In this document: positions 13,437-25,472 of the stretch, piece after piece
Position numbering within the stretch: the first letter of the stretch is position 1
Layout of the letters: the number at the start of each line of letters is the position of its first letter
DNA from: Phoronis australis
Lineage: Eukaryota > Animalia > Phoronida
Assembly: GCA_002633005.1 (NCBI GenBank)
Contig: NMRA01000123.1
Span: 480,553-544,552, forward strand
Reading direction: 5' to 3'
DNA: 64,000 bases
Made by a program: the position numbers and the translations under genes
The notes under the pieces: model-generated
Told to the model about the DNA's origin: nothing
The model's database searches: none
What the model saw: the letters and a program-made list of their open reading frames with translations, nothing else

Positions 13437-14650
13437 TACCGGTGGCCACAGACTAAATGCATGACAAAAAATTTAGCTAAACCCATGTTTATTTTGTGTA
13501 ATTAGCTCGAAATTTTGATTTTTCTTTCAATTTTGCCAATTTTCACATTTCCCGCCATGTGACGTCATGGGTTGAACACAAGAGATCGGTGACAAGCATT
13601 GAACAATGGCGGAGACCAGGGAATTTGAAAGTGACGACGATTATGAGCAAGAATTGAACGAATACTATGAAGAAACGTACGGGAATGGTGGCCAGGATGA
13701 GGAAATGGGGTTGCACGAAAGCGAGAACAAGTTTATTGTGCTTCCGGCTGCGTACTTTTCTACTTTGAGCCTTATGAACTGGATCCTCCCGCGAGAGAAG
13801 CGGCCTCGGGCTCGGCGAGTCAACACAGTCATCCAACAGACTTTCCTGAATTAAGAGCTGATGTTTCCGAATGATAAATATTGTCCCGTATTGAACCAGG
13901 CCTTCATCGTAACGTATCCTGTGACTGGAGTCGAAACACGAGTCCTCAAAGTTGGCAGAACACAGAGTGGCCCCGGACCGAATCGCTTGGTCCACGATGA
14001 CGTCCCACAGTGGCCACACTCTCGTTCGGCGCACGAAGCCATGCCACTTCTGCGCAACTTTGGTGTCCTTCGGAACACCGAGACGTTTTCCGCCTGGCTG
14101 CTGTTGCTGCAGCCTCCGGAAACACATCTTTTGATCCCTCTACGAACCTTCTCGACTCTAAATGTACTTTGCTTTCTCTTCACTCTATACACTTTGTCTC
14201 TGACCCGAACAGTATTGCGAACGACTTGGGTTCAACCCATGACGTAGTACATAATTATTACTTTTTTCAGTTTTTGCGTGTTTCTTTATGAGCTGTGCAC
14301 TAAAGGCACTGAAATCAAGTAACATAAAAGAATAAAATTTATTTTGAGGTACTAGAGTCATGTTGTGTACACTTTAAACGAAAATTTGATGATGGCGTAC
14401 ACAAACCAGCACAATCTTAGGCCTACATACATGTAAGCGTGTGTTGGAAGGGGACTCAAGAACAAGTGCAGGCAACCAAATCAGTTTGAAGCTTAAATTG
14501 TCCCGTCTGTCGCTTCCTGTTGGACACGTGACCTGCCGCATGCAGGTACGTACATCATATGAGGTACGAGTGACAGGTACAGTATGTTATGTGTAAACAT
14601 ACATGTATATCCGATATTTAAATATACTCTACCTGGCCACCAGGTATAAA
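13437..14650. mobile_element. Non-autonomous DNA transposon relic with frameshifted THAP (minus) and convergent acidic ORF (plus); possibly Kolobok-related
   Basis: Minus: RCVSGGCSNS...KDTKVAQKWHGFVRRTR...LCSANFEDSCFD (THAP). Plus from 13606: MAETREFESDDDY..., and in a shifted frame FYFEPYE. Weak inverted ends (ggtggcca / tggccacc); boundaries approximate. Confidence 0.6.
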
Positions 14651-14990
14651 TGCGGCCATTGTGGAAGTTTTAAAGATTGGCTCCGTAGCATTATATTGTT
14701 TCATTTTTTCATGTAAGTACTAAATCGAAATAACTACCCCTTACTAATTTAATATGGTTTTAGTATCGTTTTAACTTAACATACCTGTCAAAAAAAATTG
14801 TTTTCAAACAAGCAAGTCAGTCTCTAATTCGTTCATTAAGTCATTGACTAACCGCAAAATAGGATACAGCTATTTTATGCAAACGAATAGAATACTGTAC
14901 GATGCACTATAATACAGGATGAAAGAGGCACTGTCACACACCAATAAAAGTAGAGTGTGAGGATTGATTAAGATCCAAGTTTGAACTTAC

Positions 14991-15099
14991 TCTCCTACAA
15001 ATATGAACTTTAATATAAACTTGTCGCCAGCGTCTACCTCCACATTGTTCTGCTGAAATCCGTCTGGATAGAATAGCCTTGGCGTGTTCGATGGCATGT
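14991..15099 (-). CDS. Exon 8: N-part of Ig3
   Basis: gctattacag| ... GA|gtaagt, 109 nt, phase 1-2; DMPSNTPRLFYPDGFQQNNVEVDAGDKFILKFIFVG (compare the L1 Ig3 pattern PRLLYP...GxxLxLECIxxG). Confidence 0.88.
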
Positions 15100-15687
15100 C
15101 TGTAATAGCATCGAACGTGAACTACATTTATCATACAAATGCAATGCACACGAGGATTACACTCGCTCTAATACGATTTGTTGTCTACACCTTTGTGGCT
15201 ACGTGACCTATTGTTTCAGGAATTGCCCTTAGACGATGCTCTCGCTGGGCGCCCACTATTAAATAAGAAGGAATAATATTTAATAATTATTTTAAATTAA
15301 GACTTACCTCAGATTGAGAACACTCATACGCTGAGATTTGTACTGCGCATGTTGTTCTTTACAATAATTAGACAGTGATATGGTAGCGGACGCTACTTTT
15401 CTAATGACCTGGCATGAATTGTCAGGCCGCATGTTGCAAAACTTCCGTGTATTGTTAAACACGTTCCCGTTCGCTCATGGAGTGGAAATCAAAACCAACA
15501 CGCAGGCCTTTTGCTGATACGACAGGCGGTATTGTTGTAAGGGGTGAAAATACAGGTTAGTAGTAATGAAGATGGATTGTCTCACCAAAGTAACCACGTA
15601 CACAGTAATGCTTCGAGACACGATATGTTACTATTTTGACTTATGACTAGAAATCCTATGATGACGGAGCCACCTCGTCATACTTAC

Positions 15688-15855
15688 CACTTTTGGATTC
15701 TTCGTACATGAAACGTTTCCCTCTGCCCATAAGAGTTACGCCTAGTACATTGTTTGTCTGACCACAATAAAGGTACGTCGATGAGTTCAGAAAGTCGTGC
15801 ATTTGAGGATTTGTAAAGACGATTGCGCCTGCTATACCTAACAGCTTTGTCTCCC
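15688..15855 (-). CDS. Exon 7: C-half of Ig2
   Basis: gaacctttcag| ... G|gtaagt, 168 nt, phase 1-1; RETKLLGIAGAIVFTNPQMHDFLNSSTYLYCGQTNNVLGVTLMGRGKRFMYEESKS. The exact acceptor is uncertain because several in-frame AGs exist. Confidence 0.82.
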
Positions 15856-16803
15856 CTGAAAGGTTCAAGAGTGCTTTCAATCAAGCAACAGCTGTGTCCA
15901 CACGAGCAATAGTGGATCTCGCTTGACGGATTTGCCCACCAGGTTTTTTGAAGGAACGTGGAAGATTATTTTCTCACTGTTGTAACGAAAAGTACAAGCA
16001 ACTGTATTTCAAAAGAATTAACCCCAGTTTCTTTGCAGATGTTAATCAACTTCCCGGTTTAAGCTTTTTGTTAGTATCCAAGTGCAAAAGTATTGGTAGA
16101 ATGAATGTTGATTTCACTGACTCGGTTAGAATATGAATAACGTAAAGTTCCCTTTTGGAGTCGTGAATTTTTTGAACCACTAGTTTTCGGTATCGCGACC
16201 TAATTCGGGTGAGATGGCGGGTATCTGGAGCCACGCCCGTGTTTGTTACGTCATCACTGTCATGTGTCATGCGATGCGACCTCTGCAGGATCGTCAGGGA
16301 TAATTTTTTGTTTGATATTGCGAAGATGGCACGATTATCCGTTCAGTCAGTGTGCCGCGAATTTGCACCCTTTTACGAATCTTTCTGCACCTAAATTTGT
16401 TCTCTCTCACTAAGATATTGGGGTTATCCGAAAAGAAGCAGTGTTCACCAATCGCTTACACAAATCAGGTAGATGTACTCGGATGTTCCTGGATCCTCGC
16501 TCGGCGCTTCCTAGCAGTAGCGAAGTCAAACTTCACACACCATCTCTTCGGATAATGCTACTGTCGAAAGAGAAAACAAGTACTGCTGCAGAAAGACACG
16601 TGAAGCGGTAGAAATCTGTTGTCACGCTCTATCACTCAAGAGAAATTCGGGCTACTATCTTCCCGCCATCTACCACAACTTATTCCCAGTGATCTGGGGT
16701 CACATAGTTACAGAGGTATGACAAAATGCATTGGTGGCGTAACAGACAAGGGCAAGTTTCCAGTTATCCTCCATTCCGTCCGACAAAGGTATCGAGATGA
16801 GAT

Positions 16804-18428
16804 CAAAATCCACTAAAATTATTCAGTTTCTTTGATCATTGTGAGACTGCTTTTATGCATGGTTCATTTTGAAAAGCATTTCCATAAAAACGGCCTCGTG
16901 GTATAAGAACCACCATGATACCTATCAAAATGGCAGTTGTAGTTAATCTATACTACCGAAAAATGAACACCAGCAAGGAAAATAGATTTCAGGATACGTG
17001 AAGCTATATTATTCGACCTTCTGTGTTGCTAGATTGTTTTTAAAACAACTCGATAATTGAAAGGGTATTATTACAATATTATTCCATTCATAATTGCGTG
17101 ACGCGAATCGGTCTAACCCATGAAGATTTGAATTTATTTTGGGTGACTGTGAGAATGATCTCAAATTCTGGGTTCATGCGTCCAACGAGTGCAATGCACT
17201 AGTTCTTAAAAGAACACGTTCGCGTTCCATATGCATCAGAGAACCCCGTCTGAAATGAAGTACCTCGTCTAGATCTAAAAAAGTAAAAAGAGTGTCAGTT
17301 CATTCCAATGTTATCGGACCACCCTCCACCAGGTGGCCTTCTTTAATGTAAAAGGAGCGTAGTAATTGTTCGATAGGACGACCTTGAAGTGAGATGTTGA
17401 TCTCATAACTTCAAATCAAGTTTTATAGAATCCAACAGACAGGTCCTGTTACCTACTTACATTTAATGTAGAAGGGCGCACCTGGAAACGTCATTCATCT
17501 GTCTGAGGACAGTACACTGTTCAGGTCAGCAGAAATTGTTAATTTTTTCACCCACTAGGTATGCAACGCTATGCATGCGTCAATTTTCAAATATTCCAAT
17601 GTCTCCACCACCGCGTAACTACGTGTATGGCAATGCTCGATTAGGCACCTTGCAGCTCGTCAATGCGACTTCGGATTGACTATCAGGAAAAATCCTCAAG
17701 TCGCGCCAAAGTCATCACAGTCAGACAACAATTTCTCTGAAAGTCGTTTTAAAATGTGTGGTGTCATTTCCGGATTTTAAATTGCCTAAATTCAATACCC
17801 TTGGTTCACAAGCGATCCATTCATTTCGTGAAATCAGTGTACATGGACTAAGTGCCGCATGGATTACAACAGGAAGTAGATGGGATTGTTCGGCAAAAAC
17901 TGGGCAAGGTCGGACCATGAAACACGCGCCTCCATTGTAACCGAAATAAGTCTGAGTTATTCGTGGGCAGGAGGAATTGAATTTAGTTCGAGGTTGAGTG
18001 GCTCATATTTACACGAAGACGCGAAAGAGATATCCGTATTTTTTGGGAATGGCACGTTTTTGTTTCTCTTTAAGTTGGAGACTGACGACGTGAGTTTTGG
18101 GGTTTGGCAGCCCGAAATATTCGCTAGGTCGAATATGGCGAATTTTCGTTAAACTAAGCGTCGAGTGCTCTATCGAGTTACTTTAATAACAATCTACCAA
18201 AACAGATGATCGAATAATATACATGTAGCTTCACGTATCCTCAAATCTAGCTTTCCTTGCTGGTGTTCATTTTTCCTTAGCATAGATTAACTACAACTGA
18301 CATTTTGATAGGTATCATGATGATTCTTACAACATGAGACCGTTTTTATGGAAATGCTTTTCAAAGTGAACCATGCATAATAGCAGTTTTACATGGCCAA
18401 AGAAACTGAATAATTTTAGTGGATTTTG
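16804..18428. mobile_element. Foldback element with ~250-bp imperfect inverted arms
   Basis: 16804-17055 is the reverse complement of 18171-18428 (caaaatccactaaaattattcagtttc... / ...gaaactgaataattttagtggattttg). No clear TSD. Confidence 0.85.
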
Positions 18429-18894
18429 CAGAGATGGGAAAAGGTTGGGTAACGTGATCCAATGGAAGCACCCAAGGGATGTTTTGCGCAAAACACCCAT
18501 GTATAAAGCTGCTGATTTCCTCGTGTGATGCATGACGTTATCCCATGAAGGATTGCGTGACGTTCATGAATGCAAGGTGTTCTTCGAAACACAGCTCTGG
18601 TGCCCGGTCCTTGGACGCAATTGGCCTACACACGCGAAATCGCAAAATCGCACAAGCCTTTCACGAAATTTCACCATCCATTACGTGCAAAGCATATGAA
18701 TCTTGCGTCTACGGAACTCATCACATTACTTTCAACGGGTCTATAACTTTGACTGGTATCAAATGCCTATGAATCAACTTTCATTTTGGGCATCCAAAAA
18801 AAAACGGATAGCATAAATTAAGCCAATAATAAAAGCGCGTCTGAATATCCAAATAGTGCACCATTTCAATGTTTTGCATATTCATACTTAATAT

Positions 18895-19590
18895 TCATGT
18901 ACAGCTTTGGGCCGAGGTTGGTAAACAGTGACCAAATAAATTCTGACACAAAATTAGTGTCAGTAAAATCGACACACTTCCTTAAGTAAACTAAATTATT
19001 CATCGGTGTTCGAGAAAAACTGGCGTTCTGTCGTTATCCTGCTCCAAAAATTATGGTGCGTTCTTTTGCGTCAGCTTTCGGCACCTAATATTGTATCAGG
19101 TGTTGATCAGTTTCTTTACCCGATTCTTCAATCAACCGTTCTTATTTCCACGAGGATTCGTACATGTTATAACAAAGTATAGGAACTAATTTCGTTTCTT
19201 TACAAAGTTGTAGTTGTTTAATGCCATCAAACCGAAGTTCGAAACCAATTTTGCCGTTTCGAAGCTGTCATCGTCCTCCGACAGACGTCGCAAAATTTTA
19301 AGAAATGGCGCATTCGTGTGTCACAAGCGCGACAGATTTTCCTTTATTACCAAAGACGGAGAATTATGCAAGAAGATGACGCTTATTAGATTGCCCTTTG
19401 CTTTTACTTACCTTCGCCATTGCAGCCGTTTAAAAACGGCTGTAATGGCGAAGGTAAGTGTCGGTTGACTCCCAGACTTTACATGCACCCCCGTCAGTCG
19501 TTTGCTTTGCATATTGATATAAGTTTCACGACGAGGTGACGAGCAGAACTACTGGAGTTCAGTAAAATTTCGGGGTCCAACAGACATTTT
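18895..19590 (+). repeat. Diverged copy of the ~750-bp dispersed repeat family also at 44-49 kb and 55 kb
   Basis: Collinear with 45830-46500 (tacagcttt..., ctgacacaaaatt, ccgattcttcaatcaac, cccagaYttt..catgcaYccc, acgagcagaactac). Confidence 0.8.
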
Positions 19591-20424
19591 GTCCGGTGGT
19601 CATGCTCAGTCTCCAGCGGTCCTTTTTTTGTGGTGGGGCGGTCATGTTTTTAGGAACGTTGGCCCAATTTTCTGATGCAGCGGTCCTGTTTGATCCCTAC
19701 AGGTCCTGTTTTGTGGTGAGTCCGTCCGATTTAGAGGACCGGCGGTCATGTTTTGGGCTCGGCAGCCATATTATTTTTACTCGTGCTACTGATGTCAATG
19801 TTTGCAGATTTGCTAAGGCGATTAAGTTTCACTAGACATGCTATTTGAAATAACCTTACTTGGTTGTCGCTAAAGTGTCTTCACTTGTACATGTATTTCC
19901 GTGTACAAAAGCTCACTATGGGCAGTGTGAAGAAATAATGACAAATTGGTACCCGACGTAATGCCGCCGCTTCCGCGAACGCTTCTCTTTCTTCCTTTCG
20001 CCAACCTATCCGAGCACACAGGCAAAAACCAACCCTGAAAGTATGCTAATTGCGAAATATCTAACAGGGTGAAATTTTCGTGGCTAATGCATCAACCATT
20101 TTGACGGCATTCCTCTGTCCAGGGTGTGACGCGGACTGTCTGCACTGTTGGGTACCCTCACTACCCAAGTACCGACCGTATAGCAATGGATATCGTGCGA
20201 AAATAAATTGTGCTGCTTGCATAGTGTAAAGACATTGCATAACAATTGATTTTGGAAAGTGTTGGGAACTGTGCTCTTTGTGAAAAATGTGGCAACCGGG
20301 ACCAGTTTTAATTTCTTGAGCCCCACAACCTTATTGCTTAATATCAATAAAATCGCGATTCCGCTATGGAATGATAATTTGAAAGATGTTGATATTTCCA
20401 AACCAGACCGTGCTGATGTCTTAC

Positions 20425-20634
20425 TTGTAACCGGGATGACCTGGACCAGGCTCGTTTCAGAAATAGGTTTTCCATCACTACAGTTGCCGTTCTCACATAA
20501 TGGTCCCAAAGTGTAAGCTATACTTTGCACCGGGTAGCTATCATGAAGGGGTTCACACGGTATTTTGATAGCTTTCCCTGGCGACGAGTAAAAATCCTGC
20601 GGAGAATCTGAGTTCAAACTCTTGGCAGCCAAAT
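20425..20634 (-). CDS. Exon 6: N-half of Ig2
   Basis: tttttcgttacag| ... A|gtaaga, 210 nt, phase 1-1; YLAAKSLNSDSPQDFYSSPGKAIKIPCEPLHDSYPVQSIAYTLGPLCENGNCSDGKPISETSLVQVIPVT (L1/contactin Ig2-like YL...G...IPCxP..SYP). Confidence 0.85.
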
Positions 20635-20686
20635 CTGTAACGAAAAATTTAATACTCCCTTTAAAAGCAATAGTTCTTATGCAGGT

Positions 20687-21826
20687 TAATAACAATAACG
20701 CAAGATTCTGTGAGACTAACTGTGACGTCACCGGAACTAGGGAAAAGCTTGTCGTTTGGCCATTTGCCCGATACGTGTACAGAGTGTATTTCTTTTCAGT
20801 TTGACTTCGAGTTTTTAAGCTTTTAGTGTGAAAAATGACAAACAAGCATTGCTGTTATGGGAAATGTAATTCAGGTTCTTGTTATAATATTTCCCATAGA
20901 GTTCGTGCTGATTTCGTCTCGTGTATTTAACGGGCGATAGCCGAAACCCACTCACCAATTACGAGTTTACACCTAGTCAAAAATACAATCTACACTTACT
21001 ATCATATAAAAAAGCGCTTACTTTCTTTAGTAATCCTTTCTGCTTCTACACATATCTTCAATGAAGCATGTTATGAGAATTAAGGTGACTTTAGCGAAGA
21101 ATTTCAACTCCACCTTTGTGGTTACTGTTAACTTACTTTTTCACCGAGCGCACGATTACCACAAAGTATTTCAACTGAGTCAGGTGAGTTAGGCAAACAC
21201 TGGCTACAGAGTGAGAGAAGCGCGTAATCTGGCACGTGACAAATGCAAAATAGCATGAGAAGATATCAATTGCAATGTACGATTTGTGTCCCTTGGACTT
21301 ATGGCTTGATTTCATGTAGCTTCCCAAAATGGCGCCCGGTGTGAGAAACTTGGGCGAACCGCGACAGATTTTTATGAATATGTTCAAGTTATTTGTAGAC
21401 TAAACTGTATACAGATCATGGTATATGTTAATTATAACTTCATGTGAATATATGCATGTTTCATTTGGTTTTATTTGCTCTGTTTTGAAATAGCTAATTT
21501 GTTTGGGAGGCTACTATCGCCCCTGTACATGTATGCCTACCAGGGTGATTTAAATGCCTAGTTCTGGTCGAGTTCCAATTTAGTCAGTCCGTTCACAGCT
21601 TCGCACAAGTCCACCTTTTCTCCGTCCATTCACAGTTATTCCACGATCCATCAACCACCTCTTAAGTAGTAGTAACACTTTAAATGTAAAATTCTCCATA
21701 AAAACTCAGAGAGATTCAGCACGTGTAGCAAAGACTCGGGTGCAAAACAAGGGCAGTGTGACAGGTTTTGGCCTACTTCCGATGACGTCACATTGACTAA
21801 CTGGAAACTCGCAAGTGAGTTATTGA
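20687..21826. mobile_element. Old TIR element with THAP N-terminus relic
   Basis: Degenerate inverted ends (tgtgacgtcaccggaactagg / cctacttccgatgacgtcaca); plus-strand MTNKHCCYGKCNS at about 20835. Confidence 0.5.
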
Positions 21827-24800
21827 CCCAAGGGTTGAGTCAACGATTACGTACAGTTGGAGAAGTTGATACCATTGATCTAATGAAAGCCAGATATTGA
21901 ATTGAAATAACGACACAGTTAGGATGCGCATTCAGCACCCCTCAAGCGTCACCCTCACCGTGATGGAAAATTGTGCTTTGCGAGTTGTAAATAATTGAGA
22001 TATTGATGGGGTGAAACAAAGATTAAATGCGGTATTGATTGCATTTTAATTTCCAGCCGTGAAAAGCACGTACTTCGGTTTGACTCGAATGTTTGATTAG
22101 AATCGCGAATCGCGGAAGCCATCGACAACGATAGGTGGGGAAACTTGACGACATAGAAAGATTCTCAAATTATGCGTTCGATGTTTGATAACGACTAGTT
22201 TTAAATTTTTTGCAATGGCACTTCTGCCTTTTTAGAAGTGCTTGCTAAGTCACTAGGAGCTTAGTGCCGCCACGAAGGGTGAATCTTCACGGTCAGTTTT
22301 CTCCTTTTTGACATTATTCACTACAAAATGGTGCTTCAATTCCAGTTCTTTCCCTTTAAAAGTGTTCACTGTGTGATTTTAAAAGTCTGAGAAATGCTTA
22401 AACATACAGAAGGCTGCTCAATTTCACCTGTCTTAAGGTTTGGTGTGGAAAAGATGTATTTATTTTAGAACAAGGTATATATTTTGGGTACAATGGGTTA
22501 AAATCAGTTGACCAAGATTTCCGACTGAAGAGTTACTTTTATGGAATTAAACCCTAAAAAAGAGTGGTGTTTTGAAACAAACCCCTACACGAAGGTATGA
22601 ACCCGCATTCCGTCACACACAAAAAATTGCCCCCTAGTCAAAGCAAGCTGCTTGTTACCTCTTGGCTTAGACAGAACCGACATTTCGTTGTTGGTTCAGG
22701 CAAGGCACTGCAAATCGAATTACTTGTTGTTTTTATATGCGTAGACTGTAGCAATAACGACACGTCAGCTCTTTGCAAGATGAAAAATCTTTTGTCACAT
22801 GAGAAATAGTCGAGGCCGATTTTTAGCGGTAATGATATGAAATACGAATTACATTTCGTCCACAGACGTGGGATTTAAAACAATGTTAATTGCAATTATC
22901 AAATGTCATATTTTTAAGGAAAAACATGACCTTTGAAATTTCGCTGTCTACGAGTCTTAAACAAGTTGGCTTGGGAATTAGGAGATCAATACATTGGAGT
23001 TACTAATAAAAAATTCTTAACAGTTTTTTGGGGATTTCATTAAAATTTGGTTTAAAAAGATGCAATGACAATAACGGCCAATTGGTATAAAACGGATGTT
23101 CATGACGCCAGTGCGTTTTTTTTTCTTTCTTTCAGAGAGTATATATTTTTACTAGTTGACGCACAGTTGTAGCATGTTTTTGATACATGAGTTAGGATGG
23201 AGGTCAGTAAATAAGGCTCGAGTAAATTCTCTCGTGGATGAAGAATGATATTTCATTGGCGCTGAGGATGAAAAAAAGACGTGAGTACATTGATGAACTT
23301 AGTCATGCGCCTGCTGACTTAACTGGTGGGAAATTCTGTGTGGGACTGGAAATGTTTGGAGGAGACGTGGAGCCAATGTAGCGTGTGTTTGCAACTGTAG
23401 CGGTCATAGCCTCTAAGATATAACATTTTTCTTTCTCAAGTTGTCAGAGACATTACTCGGGATTGCTACATTTTTGATGAGTTTCCTTGACGTGCAGTGT
23501 ATTATTTAATTTGAGACATCCCTGCACCAGGCGTAAGCGCGTTATAACCTAAATTTATAGGAGTCGCTAGTTGCATCTTTGTTGGATGTAACGACGCAGG
23601 TTGCCTGGATGTCATACCTTGGGCTCACATCAGCCACTTTCCGATAGATGCTTTTCATTATAACGAAGAAAAACAAAGTGATCAATGGACACGTCAACCT
23701 ACCGATGCATATGCGACGAGCTTGTGACCTCTTTTCCCGTGGAATTCCCTCTCAACTAAATTTCCCCAATTGGCCCAGTGACAAGACGTCTGAAATCAGT
23801 ACCACTGCACATGTTGTGACTTTGACACTTGAAATGCAACACGTTCCTTATGCCCGACCACCAACTTGAAGCAGTAAAAGCACGAGAAAATGGGTAGAAT
23901 AAAGCATGAGAAGGAGAATTCTGGTGTTTTCTCAAGATATGAAAGGCGCCCTAAGCAGCTAGGTGGGAAATACATTGGACGACTTGATAACTAAGTCTAC
24001 ACGTACAATATCAAACACCGGGAAACTTGTTTCAAAAAACTGATGACAGCGTTAAATGACGTTTTCACCCACAAAAGCATGTGACATGCATGGTACGTTT
24101 TTTGACGATGAGACCTATGGAGGCAAAAAGGACAATCACGTACATGTACGTACCGAGACTACGCGAGCTAGCTAATCAATTTCAACGTCGTTTCACAGCT
24201 TCCTTTTCTGGATTTCGTAGCAAAAGGCAAGACAGTTTTCAATAGTTCGCTCGTGACGCCCACTTTCCTAACTTTTCAATCTATTTCAGATGCTGCAATT
24301 TGGGCCAATGGACATACGAGCCTGTATATGTTCTTATATTAAGAAATAAATATTAGAAAGCAAGTGTTCTATTACTTTTTTGAATCATGCACGTTTTCAT
24401 GCTACAAACTTGGAGGCACAATTGCAATTATGGCTCAGCACCGAGAGTCGGAAATTTTTTAAATCTTATTAGTCTTTTTCATTTCTCATCTGCTCTCGCG
24501 CCGCTTTACCCTGAAGTCCGCAATTTTGGCGAGGGTCACGTGCCCCGTCCTTGCTTCCTACAGCACTAATATGAATGAAATCAACCGACAAACTACTGTA
24601 CTGTTCAGTCGAAAAATCACCAGACTACAATTATCTTTTTTCTCTTGCCCTTTACTGGAAAATTGTCAGTGTCCAATCGTTCAATAACCAGAAAGGGTCG
24701 ACGGGGTACAAAATGCATTTGCCAAAATTAAATGTAATCGAGAATAGTTCTCGAGTCTACGTACGTGTGCAAAGGTCTTGAATGGAGTTTGGGGTTTGGC

Positions 24801-25033
24801 ATTTTTCGAGTATTATTCCAATGAGTACGTCAAGTTTGAGTCCAAATCACTGAGTAAGTTAAGGGTAACCTTTAGAGATGACGGGTACTGAACATGGGTG
24901 TCGACAGTCAATCTTGGGGGAATTTTGAGCGAGTTGGAACCATTCTCTCGACATCGCCATGATCATTCTGGCGGTGATGGCGAATTCGAGAGTATACAAC
25001 ATTCACACTTGTCTCACAAAAGAGGTCGCTTAC

Positions 25034-25245
25034 AGATCACTCGAAGATGAGCGGGGCCCGACATATCTGCTCCGTGAAGATTTTTCACTTGACAATGGTA
25101 AAGGTCAGCATCGTCGGTGGGATGGACACGTGATATGATGAGCCGGCTTCCTTCATTTACTGTCCTGTACTTCTCGATGCTTGTGTTTAATTTTACTGGG
25201 TAGTGATCGTGATAGTACGAACGTTTTCCTTTCCACCAACTTATT
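25034..25245 (-). CDS. Exon 5: C-part of Ig1
   Basis: tttcccacgactcag| ... T|gtaagc, 212 nt, phase 2-1; EISWWKGKRSYYHDHYPVKLNTSIEKYRTVNEGSRLIISRVHPTDDADLYHCQVKNLHGADMSGPAHLRVI (canonical W, LxI, D-x-x-x-Y-x-C). Confidence 0.92.
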
Positions 25246-25309
25246 CTGAGTCGTGGGAAACAAAGGAGTAATTAGCATATAAGCAGGGCCTTAAAAATTG
25301 CTTTTGCAT

Positions 25310-25472
25310 GATATCCAAGCTCTCATTCACTCCCTTGCATACACGCACCAGTAAAGCCGAGCTCAGAGGAGTAAGAGGCATCTTTGCACAATGCTCGATT
25401 GTCAGCCATTAAAGTCAGGATTCGAGCTTGAGCATCCCAAACGGGAGTCCAACTCAAAGCACTGAGCCACAC
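25310..25472 (-). mobile_element. Decayed tRNA-derived SINE
   Basis: Minus strand has an A-box-like GTGGCTCAGTG and a B-box-like GCTCGAATCC, followed by a SINE-body-like segment. Confidence 0.5.

Noticed and set aside
15656-15880. IVFTN..DFL..STYLYC initially resembled a MULE transposase segment
   Set aside because: It has no DGTF motif, and splice sites and phase place it as the second half of Ig2.
19590-19770. Regularly spaced gcggtc motifs, superficially array-like
   Set aside because: The motifs are short and degenerate with no conserved 25-40-bp repeat and no cas genes, in a eukaryotic context; not CRISPR.
20084-20845. 253-aa ORF as a standalone gene
   Set aside because: Only 20425-20634 is bounded by splice sites and fits the Ig gene; the rest is read-through into intron and a TE end.
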